A stretch of 48,574 bases of DNA, taken from the NCBI GenBank assembly GCA_011773515.1, contig WVXK01000002.1, forward strand, positions 1-48,574, written 5' to 3'. This DNA comes from Deltaproteobacteria bacterium (lineage in GTDB: Bacteria > Desulfobacterota > Deferrimicrobia > J040). A program made the translations under genes and the position numbers. This document shows, piece by piece, positions 13,311 through 24,893 of the stretch. Positions within the stretch are counted from its first letter, which is position 1; each line of letters starts with the position of its first letter. The notes beneath the pieces were generated by a model that saw only the letters and a list, made by a program, of their open reading frames with translations, did not search any database and was not told the DNA's origin.

Positions 13311-14328
13311 AGGCGGGGAAAAGATAGCGATTCTCGGGGCCGGATCCTGGGGAACGGCCGTTGCCATCGCGCTGAGCGTGAAGTTCAAGCAGATCTCGCT
13401 CTGGGCCCACCATGATGTAAATCTCGATACCATACGGGATACGGGCGAAAACGCCCTTTTCCTGCCGGGTTTTCGCATTCCCCCGAACGTGGCCCCCTCT
13501 TATGACCTTGCAGAGGTGATCGGAGGGGCCGAAATCGTCCTTTTTTGCGTTCCCTCCCTCTTTGCCCGCCAGGTGGCGGCTCGGGCGAGCCGGTACATGG
13601 AGAAAGGGCAGATTCCCGTCTCTCTCTCGAAGGGGGTCGAGACGGAAACCCTGAAACGGGTGAGCGAGATACTCGTGGAAGAGCTTCCAGAGGAGCAGGG
13701 GAGGCGGGTCTCGGTGCTCTCGGGCCCCACCTTTGCCCGGGAGGTCGCGGGCTTTAAACCCGCTGCTGCGACCATCGCCTCGGCGAGCCTCGATACCACG
13801 CGGATTCTCCAGAAAAAGCTGAGCACGCCCCATTTCCGGCTTTATGGAAACGATGATGTCGTCGGGGTAGAGCTCGGGGGGGCCGCCAAGAACGTCATTG
13901 CCATCGCAACGGGAATTGCCGATGGGCTCGGGTTCGGCCTGAATGCGCGGGCTGCGATCATCACGAGGGGGCTCGTGGAGATGAAGCGGCTCGGCGTGGC
14001 CTTCGGGGCTTCCCGGGAGACGTTCAACGGGCTGGCGGGCCTCGGCGATCTCATTCTCACCTGTACGGGTGACCTGAGCAGGAACAGGACCTTCGGGCTC
14101 CGCCTGGGCCGGGGGGAGAGCGCCCGGGAAATCCTGAGCGGGATGCTGATGGTCGCCGAGGGGGTGAAGACGTCTGTTTCGCTCCATGAGATGAGAAAAA
14201 AAGCACGGGTGGAGATGCCGATAGCAGAACAGGTGTATCATATATTATATGAGGGGAAAAAACCCGGGGCCGCGGTGAAAGAGCTCCTGGGGAGATCCCT
14301 GAAGCTGGAGAAAGAAGAGGAAGGGTGA
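13288..14328 (+). CDS. gpsA: NAD(P)H-dependent glycerol-3-phosphate dehydrogenase
   Basis: Rossmann motif [17 protein letters not shown], then GPTFAREVA and [35 protein letters not shown]. An alternative start lies at 13300. Confidence 0.92.
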   Translation: MNTGMRSEGGEKIAILGAGSWGTAVAIALSVKFKQISLWAHHDVNLDTIRDTGENALFLPGFRIPPNVAPSYDLAEVIGGAEIVLFCVPSLFARQVAARASRYMEKGQIPVSLSKGVETETLKRVSEILVEELPEEQGRRVSVLSGPTFAREVAGFKPAAATIASASLDTTRILQKKLSTPHFRLYGNDDVVGVELGGAAKNVIAIATGIADGLGFGLNARAAIITRGLVEMKRLGVAFGASRETFNGLAGLGDLILTCTGDLSRNRTFGLRLGRGESAREILSGMLMVAEGVKTSVSLHEMRKKARVEMPIAEQVYHILYEGKKPGAAVKELLGRSLKLEKEEEG

Positions 14329-15254
14329 AGATGGAGGATCTGAAGGAGAAGGTCGGCAGGGTACGGGAGCTTCTGCACGAGAGAAACGGGCTCCTCCTTG
14401 CGCACAATTATCAGCGTGACGAGGTCCAGGAAATCGCTGACGTGACCGGCGACTCCCTCGGTCTCAGCATGGAGGCGGCCAGGTCCGACGCCGAGGTTAT
14501 CGTTTTCTGCGGCGTCCACTTCATGGCGGAGAGCGCCGCTATCCTCTCTCCGGACAAGAAGGTGATCCTCCCCAGGATCGAGGCGGGGTGCCCGATGGCC
14601 GATATGGTCACGGGAGATGATCTCAGGGAGTTTCGGGAGAGCAACAGGGAGCACGTGGTCGTCACCTACGTGAACTCGACGGCGGAAGTGAAAGCCTACA
14701 CCGATATATGCTGCACCTCGGCAAACGCCATTTCGGTAGTCAGGCACATTCCGGAAGACAGGAAGATCTTCATGGTGCCCGACAAGAATCTCGCCCTCTA
14801 TGTGGAAAAAAAGTCGGGGAGAAAACTGGAGTGGTGGGACGGCTACTGTCCGACCCACGACAGGTTGACTGCGGAAGAGGTGCGGAAAATGAAGGAGGCC
14901 CACCCCGACGCCTTCGTGGTGGTGCATCCCGAGTGCAGGCCGGACGTGGTGGAGATGGCAGACCACGTCTGTTCCACGTCGGGCATGTATACATACTGCA
15001 GGGAGTCGGCGGCGAAGAAGTTCATCATCGGCACGGAGATGGGCATTCTCTACAGGCTCAGGAAGGAAAATCCCGACAAGGAGTTCTATCTGGCGTCCGA
15101 GGTGCTCATCTGTCCGAACATGAAGCTGACAACGATAGATGACATCATCGAGTGCCTGGAGGGAATGAAGAATATCATCACCGTCCCCGAGGAAATCCGG
15201 GTGCCGGCGAAAAAAGCCCTCGATGCGATGCTCGGGGTGCCGAGAGACTCTTAA
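14325..15254 (+). CDS. nadA: quinolinate synthase A
   Basis: [62 protein letters not shown] and VHPEC. The start overlaps the gpsA stop. Confidence 0.92.
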   Translation: MKMEDLKEKVGRVRELLHERNGLLLAHNYQRDEVQEIADVTGDSLGLSMEAARSDAEVIVFCGVHFMAESAAILSPDKKVILPRIEAGCPMADMVTGDDLREFRESNREHVVVTYVNSTAEVKAYTDICCTSANAISVVRHIPEDRKIFMVPDKNLALYVEKKSGRKLEWWDGYCPTHDRLTAEEVRKMKEAHPDAFVVVHPECRPDVVEMADHVCSTSGMYTYCRESAAKKFIIGTEMGILYRLRKENPDKEFYLASEVLICPNMKLTTIDDIIECLEGMKNIITVPEEIRVPAKKALDAMLGVPRDS

Positions 15255-15262
15255 GTACCGTT

Positions 15263-18200
15263 ATGGCCGATCAGCCGGGTAAAACAGCCCGAAATATGCA
15301 GAGCGCGGTGGGAAATGCGGCGGGGGTAACGTATGTGAGGATGGCCCCGCTCTCGGGCATCGTCTACGCCCTTTGCCAGCGCATAGGCAAGGGGGGCGAT
15401 CGGGCGGTTCTCGTCGTTCCCGGGAAGAGGGAGGGAGAGGAAGCCCTCGTATGCGCCGAGACGTTCCTGGGAAGCGGGCATGCCCACATGCTCTCCCACT
15501 ACGAGCTCAATCCCTACGAGGCATCATCGCCCGACCCCAACATCGTGGCCAGGCGCATCGAGACCCTCTTCGCGGTCATGGAGGGACGGTGCCGCCTGCT
15601 GGTGTCGACGGCGGAGGCATTCTCTGCATTCACGGCACCACCGACACAGCTTCGGAATATGCGGTTCGGCGTGGAGAGGGGTACGATCCTGGACAGGGAA
15701 GCGCTCCTCGGGTGGCTTGTTGGCGCCGGGTTCCAGCGGATCCCCGAAGTTTCGGACCCGGGAGACTTTGCCGTCAGGGGGGGCATAGTCGATGTGTTTT
15801 CGCCGGCCGTCAAGCTCCCCGTCCGCCTGGAGTTTGCCGGTGACGTGATCGAATCCATCCGGCTGTTCGACCCCTCGTCGCAGAGGACGGTTAAGAGTGC
15901 CGATGCGATCACCCTCTATCCCGCCTCTGAAATCGTCTGGCCCGTGAACGACCGCCCCTTGACGGAGGACCCCCTGCCCGGCGGGGTGGAAGATTTTTTG
16001 AGCGCGGGGGTCAGGTTTCCCGGCATAGAGTTTTTCATGCCCCGCATTTACGGAAAAAGGGGCGCAGCCCTCGACTATTTTAAAGGCCCGCCCCACGTCG
16101 TCATATATGATTACGCCGAGGTGAAGAAGCGGCAGCAGTTCCTGGCAGCCCTCGCGAGGGACATTTTTCGCAAGGGGGAGGAAGGCCTGCCCGCACCGGA
16201 GGAGCTTTTTTCCGAGGGGGACGGCGCCGGAGCGAAGGCGAAGGGCCAGACCCTGACCCTCATAGACAATTTTTTCAACAGGCCCGCGGAGAGAGAGCTG
16301 TTCGGCATCGACATCTCTTCCCCGGGGGGCCCATCACATCCCCGAAGGTCCCCCCTCCAGCTCAAGGGCGCCTTATCCCTTATTCAGAAGTCCCGGAAAA
16401 AGGGGATGCGTTGCTGTATCGTGGTACCCAGCCCCTACCGGCTCGACGTGATGAGAAGGATCATGGAGGAGAACGGGGTACATCCCCTGTCCACCATCGA
16501 AGACGGGCGGGGCGGATTCTCCGCGTGGCAGGGCGTGGCCCTTGCCACGTCAGGGATGAAAAGTGGATTTATCAGCAATAAAGGGGCAATTTTAGTCATC
16601 ACAGACCATGATATCTGGGGAAAACGTACCTATTATAGGGATTATAAGCCATCTGACCCGGAAAAAGAAAGAATCGGGCTTCTTTCGCTCAGAAAAGAGG
16701 ATTATGTGGTTCATGATGACTACGGAATCGGGCTTTTTGCCGGCCTTAAAACCATGAAAGTGGGGGGTAATACCGTAGAATTTGCGGTTATCGAGTATGA
16801 CGGGGGTGATCTGCTCTATCTGCCCACGTACCGGCTGGACCTGATCCAGAAGTATGTCGGCGGCGACGGAAAGGGCCTGAAGCTCGACCGTCTTGGAGCG
16901 CGGCGGTGGGAGCTGGCAAAGCGCAGGGTCCGGGAGAAGGTGGAGCAGGTGGCCGCAGAGCTTCTCTCCATCCACGCAGAGAGAGAGGCATCCGAGGGGT
17001 TCGCCTGCGATCCGCCCGACGCCGCCTTCGAGGAGTTTGCCGCCGGCTTCGAGTTCGAGGAGACGCCGGACCAGGAGAGGGCGATAGGCGAGGTCATCGA
17101 AAACATGACGAACTCCCGCCCCATGGACAGGCTGGTCTGTGGAGACGTGGGGTATGGAAAGACGGAGGTGGGGCTCCGGGCGGCGTTCCTGGCCGTGATG
17201 GCGGGCAAGCAGGTCGCGGTCCTCTGCCCCACGACGGTGCTGGCACAGCAGCACTTCAAGACGTTCCGGGAGAGGTTCGAGAACTTTCCCGTGAGAGTTG
17301 CCTCGTTGAGCAGGTTTGTGAAGAGCAAGGAACAGAGGACGATACTGCAGGAGCTTGCAGGCGGCAGGCTCGACATCCTCATAGGAACCCACCGGCTCCT
17401 GCAGGGCGACGTGATTTTCCGGGACCTTGGCCTGCTCGTCATCGATGAAGAGCAGAAGTTCGGGGTGATGCACAAGGAGAAGTTGAAGAAGATGCGGACC
17501 ACCGTGGATGTTCTGACCCTTTCTGCGACCCCCATTCCGCGCACGTTCCACATTGCCCTCTCCGGGATAAAGGACATAAGCATTATCCAGACGCCGCCGA
17601 AGGAGAGGTTGTCCGTCCGCACATTTGTGGTGGAGTTCTCCGAAGAGATTATCAGGGAGGGCATCGGAAGGGAGCTTCGGCGCGGCGGCCAGGTATATTA
17701 CATCCACAACAGGATCCAGACCATCGGGAAGACGGAGCGGTTTCTCCGGGAGCTCTTTCCCGAGGCAAGGATAGAGGTGGCCCACGGCCAGATGGGCGAG
17801 GATGCATTGAAAGGGGTGATGAGGCGGTTCTACGGAGGCGGGGTGGATGTGCTGCTCTGCACGGCGATCGTCGAGTCGGGCCTCGATATCCCGAGGGCCA
17901 ACACGATGATCGTCGACCGGTCCCACACCTTCGGCCTCGCCCAGCTCTACCAGCTCCGGGGGAGGATAGGCCGGGACCGGAGAAGGGCGTATGCCTACCT
18001 GATCGTGCCGCCGAGAAAAGCCCTTTCCCCGGAGGCCGTTGCGCGGCTCTCGGCCATCGAGGAGCTGTCCGAGCTTGGTTCGGGGTTTCAGATAGCCTCC
18101 TACGACCTCGACATAAGGGGAGGGGGTGACATTATCGGGCCAAGCCAGTCCGGGCACATCCAGCACGTGGGCTACGAGATGTACCTCCGGTTCCTCGAAG

Positions 18201-18733
18201 ATGCGGTGGCCAGGCTGAAGGGAAAATCACCGGGCAGGAAGGCGCTGCCCGATGCGGAGCTCGGCGTGCCCGTGTTCATACCCGATGAGTACATTCACGA
18301 CCCCCAGCGGAAGCTCGATTTTTACCGGAAGATCGCCCTGGTCCGCTCTGATGAAGATTACGACGAGGTCTTCCTCGAGCTTACCGACAGGTTCGGTGCG
18401 CTTCCCGAACCGGTTTTCAACCTGCTGCGGATTGCCCGGCTGCGATCCCTCCTCTCGCGGGAGGGCGTAAGGGAGCTCAAGGCCAGCGAAGGGAGAATCC
18501 ATGTCTCCTTCGATGCGGACGCAGCCATTGACCGGAACCACATTGCGGGACTCGTCGCGAGAAAGGGGGAGAAGTACGGTTTTGACCGCCGCGGGATCCT
18601 GGTGGTCCGGACGGAATTTGACGGGACGAACTGGGATCGCCTGGTTTCCGACATGAATGCGGTCCTGGGCGGGGACAAGCTGGAGGGCGGGTTTTTCGGA
18701 CGGGGAATTGCGAACCCGCGCGGAGACCGCTAA
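15263..18733 (+). CDS. mfd: transcription-repair coupling factor Mfd
   Basis: SF2 helicase motifs: DRLVCGDVGYGKTEVGLRAAF, LLVIDEEQKFG, LTLSATPIPRT and QLRGRIGR. A CarD-like segment (DYVVHDDYGIGLF) is also present. I chose the ATG at 15263, just after the nadA stop; the ORF-track start at 15152 would overlap nadA by about 100 nt. Confidence 0.93.
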   Translation: MADQPGKTARNMQSAVGNAAGVTYVRMAPLSGIVYALCQRIGKGGDRAVLVVPGKREGEEALVCAETFLGSGHAHMLSHYELNPYEASSPDPNIVARRIETLFAVMEGRCRLLVSTAEAFSAFTAPPTQLRNMRFGVERGTILDREALLGWLVGAGFQRIPEVSDPGDFAVRGGIVDVFSPAVKLPVRLEFAGDVIESIRLFDPSSQRTVKSADAITLYPASEIVWPVNDRPLTEDPLPGGVEDFLSAGVRFPGIEFFMPRIYGKRGAALDYFKGPPHVVIYDYAEVKKRQQFLAALARDIFRKGEEGLPAPEELFSEGDGAGAKAKGQTLTLIDNFFNRPAERELFGIDISSPGGPSHPRRSPLQLKGALSLIQKSRKKGMRCCIVVPSPYRLDVMRRIMEENGVHPLSTIEDGRGGFSAWQGVALATSGMKSGFISNKGAILVITDHDIWGKRTYYRDYKPSDPEKERIGLLSLRKEDYVVHDDYGIGLFAGLKTMKVGGNTVEFAVIEYDGGDLLYLPTYRLDLIQKYVGGDGKGLKLDRLGARRWELAKRRVREKVEQVAAELLSIHAEREASEGFACDPPDAAFEEFAAGFEFEETPDQERAIGEVIENMTNSRPMDRLVCGDVGYGKTEVGLRAAFLAVMAGKQVAVLCPTTVLAQQHFKTFRERFENFPVRVASLSRFVKSKEQRTILQELAGGRLDILIGTHRLLQGDVIFRDLGLLVIDEEQKFGVMHKEKLKKMRTTVDVLTLSATPIPRTFHIALSGIKDISIIQTPPKERLSVRTFVVEFSEEIIREGIGRELRRGGQVYYIHNRIQTIGKTERFLRELFPEARIEVAHGQMGEDALKGVMRRFYGGGVDVLLCTAIVESGLDIPRANTMIVDRSHTFGLAQLYQLRGRIGRDRRRAYAYLIVPPRKALSPEAVARLSAIEELSELGSGFQIASYDLDIRGGGDIIGPSQSGHIQHVGYEMYLRFLEDAVARLKGKSPGRKALPDAELGVPVFIPDEYIHDPQRKLDFYRKIALVRSDEDYDEVFLELTDRFGALPEPVFNLLRIARLRSLLSREGVRELKASEGRIHVSFDADAAIDRNHIAGLVARKGEKYGFDRRGILVVRTEFDGTNWDRLVSDMNAVLGGDKLEGGFFGRGIANPRGDR

Positions 18734-18757
18734 GATTATAACCATGACCGTTACCGG

Positions 18758-19780
18758 GTGGAAAGGGGAGATGTGGGATTGTACATGACGAAAACCATAC
18801 GCGTGAAACGCGCCCTTGCGGGTATCCTCAGCGCCCTTCTTGTCTCCGGCTGCAGCGGCCTGTCGGACAATCAGGCCGGCAAGAAGGTGAAAGAGGTCGT
18901 TGTGGCCACGGTGGATGGTGGAAACATAACCCAGCGGGATCTTGCGAACGAGATCCTGGAAGTAAGGGGGTTTTCTTCGACCCTCGACGTCGAGGGGGCG
19001 ACGAGGGAAGAGATCGTCAAGGCCCTTCAGCGCCTCATCCGCAAGGCGCTCATCATTGAGGAGGCGAAGAAGATGGGCGTCGACGTCGACGAAGGTGAGG
19101 TCGATCAGGAGATCATGCAGATAAAGGGCGACTATCCCGAGGGGACATTCGGAAAACTGCTGCTGAAAGAGGGAATCGATGAGAAGGTCTGGAAGGAAAA
19201 GCTGAAGCAGACCCTGCTCATCAAGAAGGCATCGGAGATCATCAAGGACAGGGCAACTCCCGCAACGCAGAAGGAGCTCTACCGATACCTGGCGAACAAC
19301 AAGATCACCCTGAGAAAGAAAGTCGTCGTGCCGAAGAGGTGGTACCTCATCGAGTACGTATTTATTTCCAAAGACGATGCGGAAAGGGCCCGGGAGCTCG
19401 TCCAGAACAGCGATGGCTCGAAAGATGCAGAAATTTTAAACAGCGCCTCCCTTCCCGCCACCATTTACGACCTCGGTTATCTCTCGGAGCGGAGGATCGG
19501 CAAGGACTACGTGAATGAAGTGACGTCTCTCGAGGCACAGGGGGTTTCCAGGATCGTGAAGCTCCCGAGCTCCTACGCTTTTTTCCGGGTGCGAGATGTC
19601 CAGGAAAAGCACGTGAAGAGAAAGGAGGAGGCAATAGAGGAGATAAAAGGGAAGATCTCGATGCAGAAAAGGGAGGAATTCCTCTCGAAATGGCTGCAGC
19701 AAAAGTACAACGAGTCCACGATAAAGATAAACGAGGCGGCCCTCGGAAAGCTGGAAGGGGTGGGAAAGGGGGACCGATGA
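18758..19780 (+). CDS. SurA/PpiD-like periplasmic chaperone lipoprotein with degenerate parvulin-like domain
   Basis: The lipobox LLVSGCSG is followed by a SurA-N-like helical region and a parvulin-like block (IYDLGYLSERRIGKDYVNEVTSLEAQGVSRIVKLPSSYAFFRVRDV) that lacks the usual His residues. The start is uncertain (18758, 18773 or 18785). Confidence 0.7.
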   Translation: MERGDVGLYMTKTIRVKRALAGILSALLVSGCSGLSDNQAGKKVKEVVVATVDGGNITQRDLANEILEVRGFSSTLDVEGATREEIVKALQRLIRKALIIEEAKKMGVDVDEGEVDQEIMQIKGDYPEGTFGKLLLKEGIDEKVWKEKLKQTLLIKKASEIIKDRATPATQKELYRYLANNKITLRKKVVVPKRWYLIEYVFISKDDAERARELVQNSDGSKDAEILNSASLPATIYDLGYLSERRIGKDYVNEVTSLEAQGVSRIVKLPSSYAFFRVRDVQEKHVKRKEEAIEEIKGKISMQKREEFLSKWLQQKYNESTIKINEAALGKLEGVGKGDR

Positions 19781-20748
19781 TGAAGAGGATATGCGCGATG
19801 CTCCTTACCCTCGCTGCGCTCGCTGCGGGCGCTGAGCTGGCAGCCAAGGTCATCGATGGGGTTTTCATCAATATCAACGGCAACGCGGTGACCTACTCAG
19901 AATTCAGAGAGTTCGTGGCCCACCGGTTGCGGATATCAGAGGGGGACGCCGAAGAGTTCCTGAGCAAAGAGCGCTCCAGGGAGAAGCTGAAAGGCCTCAC
20001 CAATGCATTCATCGACGCCAAGCTGATAAGCTTCGAGCTCGAAAAGCTCGGGGACAGGGTGAAGAAGCAAGATCTTGACGGCGTGATACAGCGGATCCTG
20101 GATGAAAACGGGTTCACCGAGGAGGATTTTGAGCAGGTCCTCGGGCGCGAAGGCATAACCCTTGGGGCATACAGGCAGAACCTCCGCCAGGAGATGGAAA
20201 AGAGCCGGGTTATCCGTGCCCTGAAGGGCAAGGAGGTGCTGGTTACCGATGAGGAGGCGAAGCATTTCTACCTCGAAAACCGGGATCGCTTCAAGCGGGA
20301 CTTCAAGGTTATGCTCACCATGCTCTCGTTTCCCCTCCAGTTGCCCGAGGAGCGGGATGAGCTGATCCGGTTTCGCGAGATCGTCTCCGGTGCCGATGAA
20401 ATTGTCGAGCACGGGGGCAAACTGGAGGAGGTGAGGGATTTTTTGCAGAGCAGGGGCATTCCCGTGAAATCCTCTGTCCTGGGTCCGGTGTCGGTGGACG
20501 ACCTGAGCGGGGAGCTCAAGGACGAGGTTGCAAGCCTTTCCGGAGGGGAGACCTCCCGGTCGACGATCGTAAAGGACAGGGTCGCCTTCATCCAGGTGGC
20601 GGAACGGCAGGGAGGAGAGTACATGCCGTTTGAGGACGTGAAGGGGGCAATCAATGAGGAGATGGTGAGCAAAAGGAGCATCGGGGCGATAAAGGAGATA
20701 ATACGGGATCTGCGCTCCCGTTCCTACATCGAGGTCTACCTTCAATAA
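19777..20748 (+). CDS. SurA-like periplasmic chaperone (signal peptide, degenerate parvulin-like domain)
   Basis: I prefer the start MMKRICAMLLTLAALAAGAELAAKVIDGV at 19777, which overlaps the previous stop (ATGA) and yields a signal peptide. The SurA N-terminal pattern INGNAVTYSEFREF is present. The ORF-track start at 19690 lies inside the upstream gene. Confidence 0.7.
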   Translation: MMKRICAMLLTLAALAAGAELAAKVIDGVFININGNAVTYSEFREFVAHRLRISEGDAEEFLSKERSREKLKGLTNAFIDAKLISFELEKLGDRVKKQDLDGVIQRILDENGFTEEDFEQVLGREGITLGAYRQNLRQEMEKSRVIRALKGKEVLVTDEEAKHFYLENRDRFKRDFKVMLTMLSFPLQLPEERDELIRFREIVSGADEIVEHGGKLEEVRDFLQSRGIPVKSSVLGPVSVDDLSGELKDEVASLSGGETSRSTIVKDRVAFIQVAERQGGEYMPFEDVKGAINEEMVSKRSIGAIKEIIRDLRSRSYIEVYLQ

Positions 20749-20842
20749 CGGGTCGCATGTCGCGGGAGTGTGGACTGCAGGATAATCTGCCCGTGGATGT
20801 GCATCTCTGTGTGTGCTCGCTTCATCCATCTATTGAGGAGTC

Positions 20843-21841
20843 ATGGCCAGGCCAAAGATTGCGATTACCATTGGTGACCCGGCAGGTGTGGGACCGGAAA
20901 TCATAGCCAAGCTTCTTGCCCAGGGCTCCATCTTCCGGCGATGTGAGCCGGTGGTGTACGGCGACAGCAAGATCCTGCAGAGGGCGTGCAAACTGATCGG
21001 CGTTCCGGGTGACGTTACCCGGGACGGGCTCGCCGTCGGGAAACGTGCCGTGTCCGTCGTCAGCCCCCTCGGGAAAGAGTATTCGAAAGGTCGGGCCAGG
21101 GACGGGACGGCGTGGGGATCGGTGTTGATGATGGAAGCGGTGAAAAGAGCGGTACTCGATGCGATGGAGGGCAGGGTTGCGGCTGTCGTTACCTGCCCCA
21201 TCACCAAGGAAGGGATCGGGCGCGCGGGCTATGCCCATCCCGGCCACACGGAGTTCATTCAGGAGCTCACGGGAGCGGGAAGGGTCGTCATGATGCTCGC
21301 GGGGAAGCGCCTGAAGGTGGCTCTCGTTACCACCCACGCTTCCCTCAGGGAGGCGGTGTCGATGATTGACGAGGAACGGGTATTTGAGACGATAGAGATC
21401 GTGTGGAGGGACTTTGTGAACAAGCTGGGTTACGAGGAGCCGAACATAGCGGTTGCGGGCCTGAATCCCCACGCGGGAGAGGGGGGCCTTTTCGGCCGGG
21501 AGGAGGAGGATCACATCCTCCCGGCTGTTCACAGGGCCAGAAAAAGAGGGATGAATGTTTCGGGCCCCTATCCCCCCGATACGGTCTTTCGCCGGGCGTA
21601 CAACGGCGGGTTCGACGTGGTCGTCGCCATGTACCACGACCAGGGGCTGATACCGCTGAAGCTGGTCCACTTCGACACGGGCGTGAACGTTACCCTGGGG
21701 CTTCCCGTGGTCCGCACCTCGGTGGACCACGGAACGGCCTACGATATCGCCTGGAAGGGGATCGCCCGGCCCACGAGCCTTCGCTCCGCGGTGAACTTTG
21801 CCCTGGACATGATACGGGGAGGCGCGCGTGGCCATCGATAA
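20843..21841 (+). CDS. pdxA: 4-hydroxythreonine-4-phosphate dehydrogenase
   Basis: [59 protein letters not shown] and [16 protein letters not shown]. The surA-pdxA order matches that in E. coli. Confidence 0.92.
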   Translation: MARPKIAITIGDPAGVGPEIIAKLLAQGSIFRRCEPVVYGDSKILQRACKLIGVPGDVTRDGLAVGKRAVSVVSPLGKEYSKGRARDGTAWGSVLMMEAVKRAVLDAMEGRVAAVVTCPITKEGIGRAGYAHPGHTEFIQELTGAGRVVMMLAGKRLKVALVTTHASLREAVSMIDEERVFETIEIVWRDFVNKLGYEEPNIAVAGLNPHAGEGGLFGREEEDHILPAVHRARKRGMNVSGPYPPDTVFRRAYNGGFDVVVAMYHDQGLIPLKLVHFDTGVNVTLGLPVVRTSVDHGTAYDIAWKGIARPTSLRSAVNFALDMIRGGARGHR

Positions 21842-24680
21842 AATCGTGATAAAGGGAGCGCGTGAGCACAACCTGAAGAACGTGTCGGTGGAGGTCCCCC
21901 GGGACAGGCTCATCGTCATAACGGGGGTCTCGGGTTCGGGCAAGTCCTCTCTGGCCTTCGACACCATATACGCGGAAGGCCAGCGCAGGTACGTGGAGTC
22001 TCTGTCTGCCTATGCCAGGCAGTTTCTCGAGCTGATGGAGAAGCCAAACGTGGATTCGATAGAGGGGCTTTCCCCGGCGATTTCCATAGAGCAGAAGAGC
22101 GTGAGCAAGAACCCGAGATCGACGGTGGGGACGGTTACGGAAATTTACGACTATCTGCGGCTCCTCTTTGCGTCGGTCGGCGTGGTGATGTGTCCCCACT
22201 GCGGAAAGGAGATACGGTCACAGACGGTGCAGCAGATGACCGACGCGGTTCTGGCCATGGGCGAAGGGGCGAGGGTCGTGATCATGGCACCCGTGGTCCG
22301 GGGAAGGAAGGGTGAGTACAAAAAGGAGATCGAGCGGTTCAGAAAGGACGGTTTTGTCCGGATACGCGTCGATGGACAGATCTGCGACCTTGCAGAGGAG
22401 ATCACCCTCGACAAGAAGAGAAAGCACGATATCGAGGTGATCGTCGACAGGATAGTGGTCAGCGAGGCGGCGCGCAGCAGGATTGCCGAATCCCTCGAGC
22501 TCGCGCTGCGGATGGGCAGCGGTGTGGTTACGATTCTGGATCACTTCGGAAAGGAGGGCTACTTCAGCGAGCGTTTCGCCTGCCCCGAGTGCAACTTCAG
22601 CCTCCCCGAGGTATCCCACCGGCTCTTCTCTTTCAACAACCCCTACGGGGCCTGTCCCGCCTGCGCCGGCCTGGGGGTGACGAACCATTTCGACCCGGAT
22701 CTGGTGGTTCCGGATCCTTCCAGGTCGATACGGGAAGGGGCGATTGCCCCCTGGTCGAGGAAGGGCGTGCCGTCCCCGTACTACACGGCCATCCTCGAGT
22801 CGCTCGAGGAGCACTACGGGTTTTCCATCTACACTCCCTTCCGGGAACTTCCCCGGAACGTTCAGAACGTGCTCTTCTACGGCTCGGGAGAGGAGGAGAT
22901 AAAGTTCTACTACGACGAGGGGAGGAGGAGGCATTTCTACTGGAGGCCCTTCGAGGGATTGATAGCGAACATCGAAAGACGCTTCCGGGAGACCGATTCG
23001 GAGGCGGTGAGGGAGGATCTGGAGCGGTACATGCGCCAGGTTCCCTGCAGGGATTGCGGCGGGGCCCGCCTGAACAGGGACGCGCTCCAGGTGACCGTGG
23101 GCGGCAGGAACATTTACGAGGTTACCCGGCTGGCGGTCAAGGAGGCAATCGGCTTTTTCGATCACCTCCCCCTCGGTCAGAAGGAATTTCAGATCGTAGA
23201 GCGGGTCCTCAAAGAGGTTCGGTCCCGCCTGGGATTCCTGGCGAACGTCGGTCTCGACTACCTGGCTCTCAACCGGGCATCGTCCACCCTGTCGGGCGGG
23301 GAGGGCCAGAGGATCCGGCTGGCCACCCAGATCGGGTCTTCCCTCGTAGGCGTGATGTACATCCTCGACGAGCCCAGCATCGGCCTTCACCAGAGGGACA
23401 ACCGCCGCCTCCTCAGGACGCTGATGGAACTGCGGGACCAGGGAAATACGGTCATCGTCGTCGAGCATGACGAGGAGACGATAAGGAGCGCCGATTTCAT
23501 CATCGACATGGGTCCGGGGGCGGGCATGTCGGGCGGAGAGGTCGTCGTGTCGGGCACCCTGGATCGAGTCTGCTCGGCCAAGGAGTCGATTACGGGGAAA
23601 TACCTGTCCGGGCAGAAGACGATAGAGGCCCCCGATGAGAGAAAGGGAGGGACGGGGAAACACATCCGGGTTTTAGGATGCAGGGGGAACAACCTGAAAA
23701 ACATCTCCGTGAGGATACCCCTGGGCGTCATCACCTGCGTGACGGGGGTCTCCGGGTCAGGAAAGTCCACCCTGGTGTTCGATACCCTCAGGCCCGCCGT
23801 CGCCAACCGCCTGACGGGGTCGAAGGACCGCCCTGCCCCCTTCGAGAGGCTCGAGGGAGTGGAGGACATCGACAAGGTCGTCAATATCGACCAGTCACCC
23901 ATCGGCAGGACGCCGCGGTCGAACCCGGCCACCTACACGGGGGTGTTTACCTACATCCGGGAGCTCTTTGCCATGCTTCCCGAATCCCGGGCCAGGGGTT
24001 ACCGCCCGGGGAGGTTTTCCTTCAACGTGAAAGGGGGAAGGTGCGAGGCCTGTCAGGGCGAGGGCGTCATCAAGATAGAAATGCACTTCATGCCCGACGT
24101 GTACGTGAGCTGTGACCTGTGCAGCAGGAAACGGTTCAACCGGGAAACGCTCGAGGTCACCTACCGGGGGAAAAACATAGCCGACGTTCTCGGCATGACG
24201 GTGAACCAGAGCTCCGAGTTTTTCCAGAATATCCCGAGAATCAAAAGGAAATTGCAGACGCTGAAGGATGTGGGGCTGGGGTACATCACCCTCGGCCAGA
24301 GCGCAACCACCCTGTCCGGCGGCGAGGCGCAACGGGTGAAGCTGTCGCGGGAACTTTCCCGGAGAGATACGGGCAGGACCCTCTACATGCTCGATGAGCC
24401 CACGACGGGGCTGCACTTCGACGACATAAAGAAGTTGCTCAGGGTCCTTACCATGCTCACGGAAAAGGGAAACACGGTGATCATAATCGAGCACAACCTC
24501 GACGTGATAAAATCAGCGGATTACATAATCGACCTCGGCCCCGAGGGGGGAGACGAGGGAGGGTTCCTGGTGGCCCAGGGAACCCCGGAGGAGATTGTTC
24601 GGGTCCAGGACTCTTTCACCGGACGGTACCTGAAAAAGCTCCTCGGCAGGGGAAAGGCGAAGGTGGCGATCGGGAAATAA
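21828..24680 (+). CDS. uvrA: excinuclease ABC subunit A
   Basis: [48 protein letters not shown]. There is a second Walker A ([12 protein letters not shown]), two ABC signatures ([24 protein letters not shown]) and zinc-module Cys pairs. Confidence 0.97.
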   Translation: MAIDKIVIKGAREHNLKNVSVEVPRDRLIVITGVSGSGKSSLAFDTIYAEGQRRYVESLSAYARQFLELMEKPNVDSIEGLSPAISIEQKSVSKNPRSTVGTVTEIYDYLRLLFASVGVVMCPHCGKEIRSQTVQQMTDAVLAMGEGARVVIMAPVVRGRKGEYKKEIERFRKDGFVRIRVDGQICDLAEEITLDKKRKHDIEVIVDRIVVSEAARSRIAESLELALRMGSGVVTILDHFGKEGYFSERFACPECNFSLPEVSHRLFSFNNPYGACPACAGLGVTNHFDPDLVVPDPSRSIREGAIAPWSRKGVPSPYYTAILESLEEHYGFSIYTPFRELPRNVQNVLFYGSGEEEIKFYYDEGRRRHFYWRPFEGLIANIERRFRETDSEAVREDLERYMRQVPCRDCGGARLNRDALQVTVGGRNIYEVTRLAVKEAIGFFDHLPLGQKEFQIVERVLKEVRSRLGFLANVGLDYLALNRASSTLSGGEGQRIRLATQIGSSLVGVMYILDEPSIGLHQRDNRRLLRTLMELRDQGNTVIVVEHDEETIRSADFIIDMGPGAGMSGGEVVVSGTLDRVCSAKESITGKYLSGQKTIEAPDERKGGTGKHIRVLGCRGNNLKNISVRIPLGVITCVTGVSGSGKSTLVFDTLRPAVANRLTGSKDRPAPFERLEGVEDIDKVVNIDQSPIGRTPRSNPATYTGVFTYIRELFAMLPESRARGYRPGRFSFNVKGGRCEACQGEGVIKIEMHFMPDVYVSCDLCSRKRFNRETLEVTYRGKNIADVLGMTVNQSSEFFQNIPRIKRKLQTLKDVGLGYITLGQSATTLSGGEAQRVKLSRELSRRDTGRTLYMLDEPTTGLHFDDIKKLLRVLTMLTEKGNTVIIIEHNLDVIKSADYIIDLGPEGGDEGGFLVAQGTPEEIVRVQDSFTGRYLKKLLGRGKAKVAIGK

Positions 24681-24808
24681 AACAGCTCCACGTGCAGAGA
24701 TCAACGTTCACGGGCAAAGGGAATCGACTTTTACTCGAAAACTACGGGCGGGGAAATATCCCCTGTGAACCTCGAACAGCCCTTCAGGGAAAGTGCTCTC
24801 TTTTTCGG

Positions 24809-24837
24809 TTGACCGCCGTTTGTTTTTGTGTTAGAAA
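24809..24837 (+). promoter_or_regulatory. sigma70-like promoter for the atp membrane sub-operon
   Basis: TTGACC (24809-24814), a 17-nt spacer, then TAGAAA (24832-24837) preceded by TGT (extended -10-like). Confidence 0.45.
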
Positions 24838-24893
24838 TCCACAATTTGTTGCTCACGTCACCTGCGGGGGCGACAGAGGTTTCGAGGGTCCCT

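Noticed and set aside
15152-15262. Extended N-termini suggested by the ORF track for mfd (15152), the second SurA-like gene (19690), atpI (25031), atpB (25501), hemL (28240) and the third cassette gene (29438).
   Set aside because: Each extension overlaps the upstream gene substantially and is Arg/Gly/Pro-rich. Internal starts at or near the upstream stop give canonical N-termini (signal peptides, conserved motifs).
24828-24893. The GTG at 24828 as the start of the atpZ-like gene (ORF-track start).
   Set aside because: It lies inside the predicted -10 region of the only good promoter (24809-24837). The encoded N-terminal 22 residues add nothing family-like. The TTG at 24894 has a GAGGG SD.
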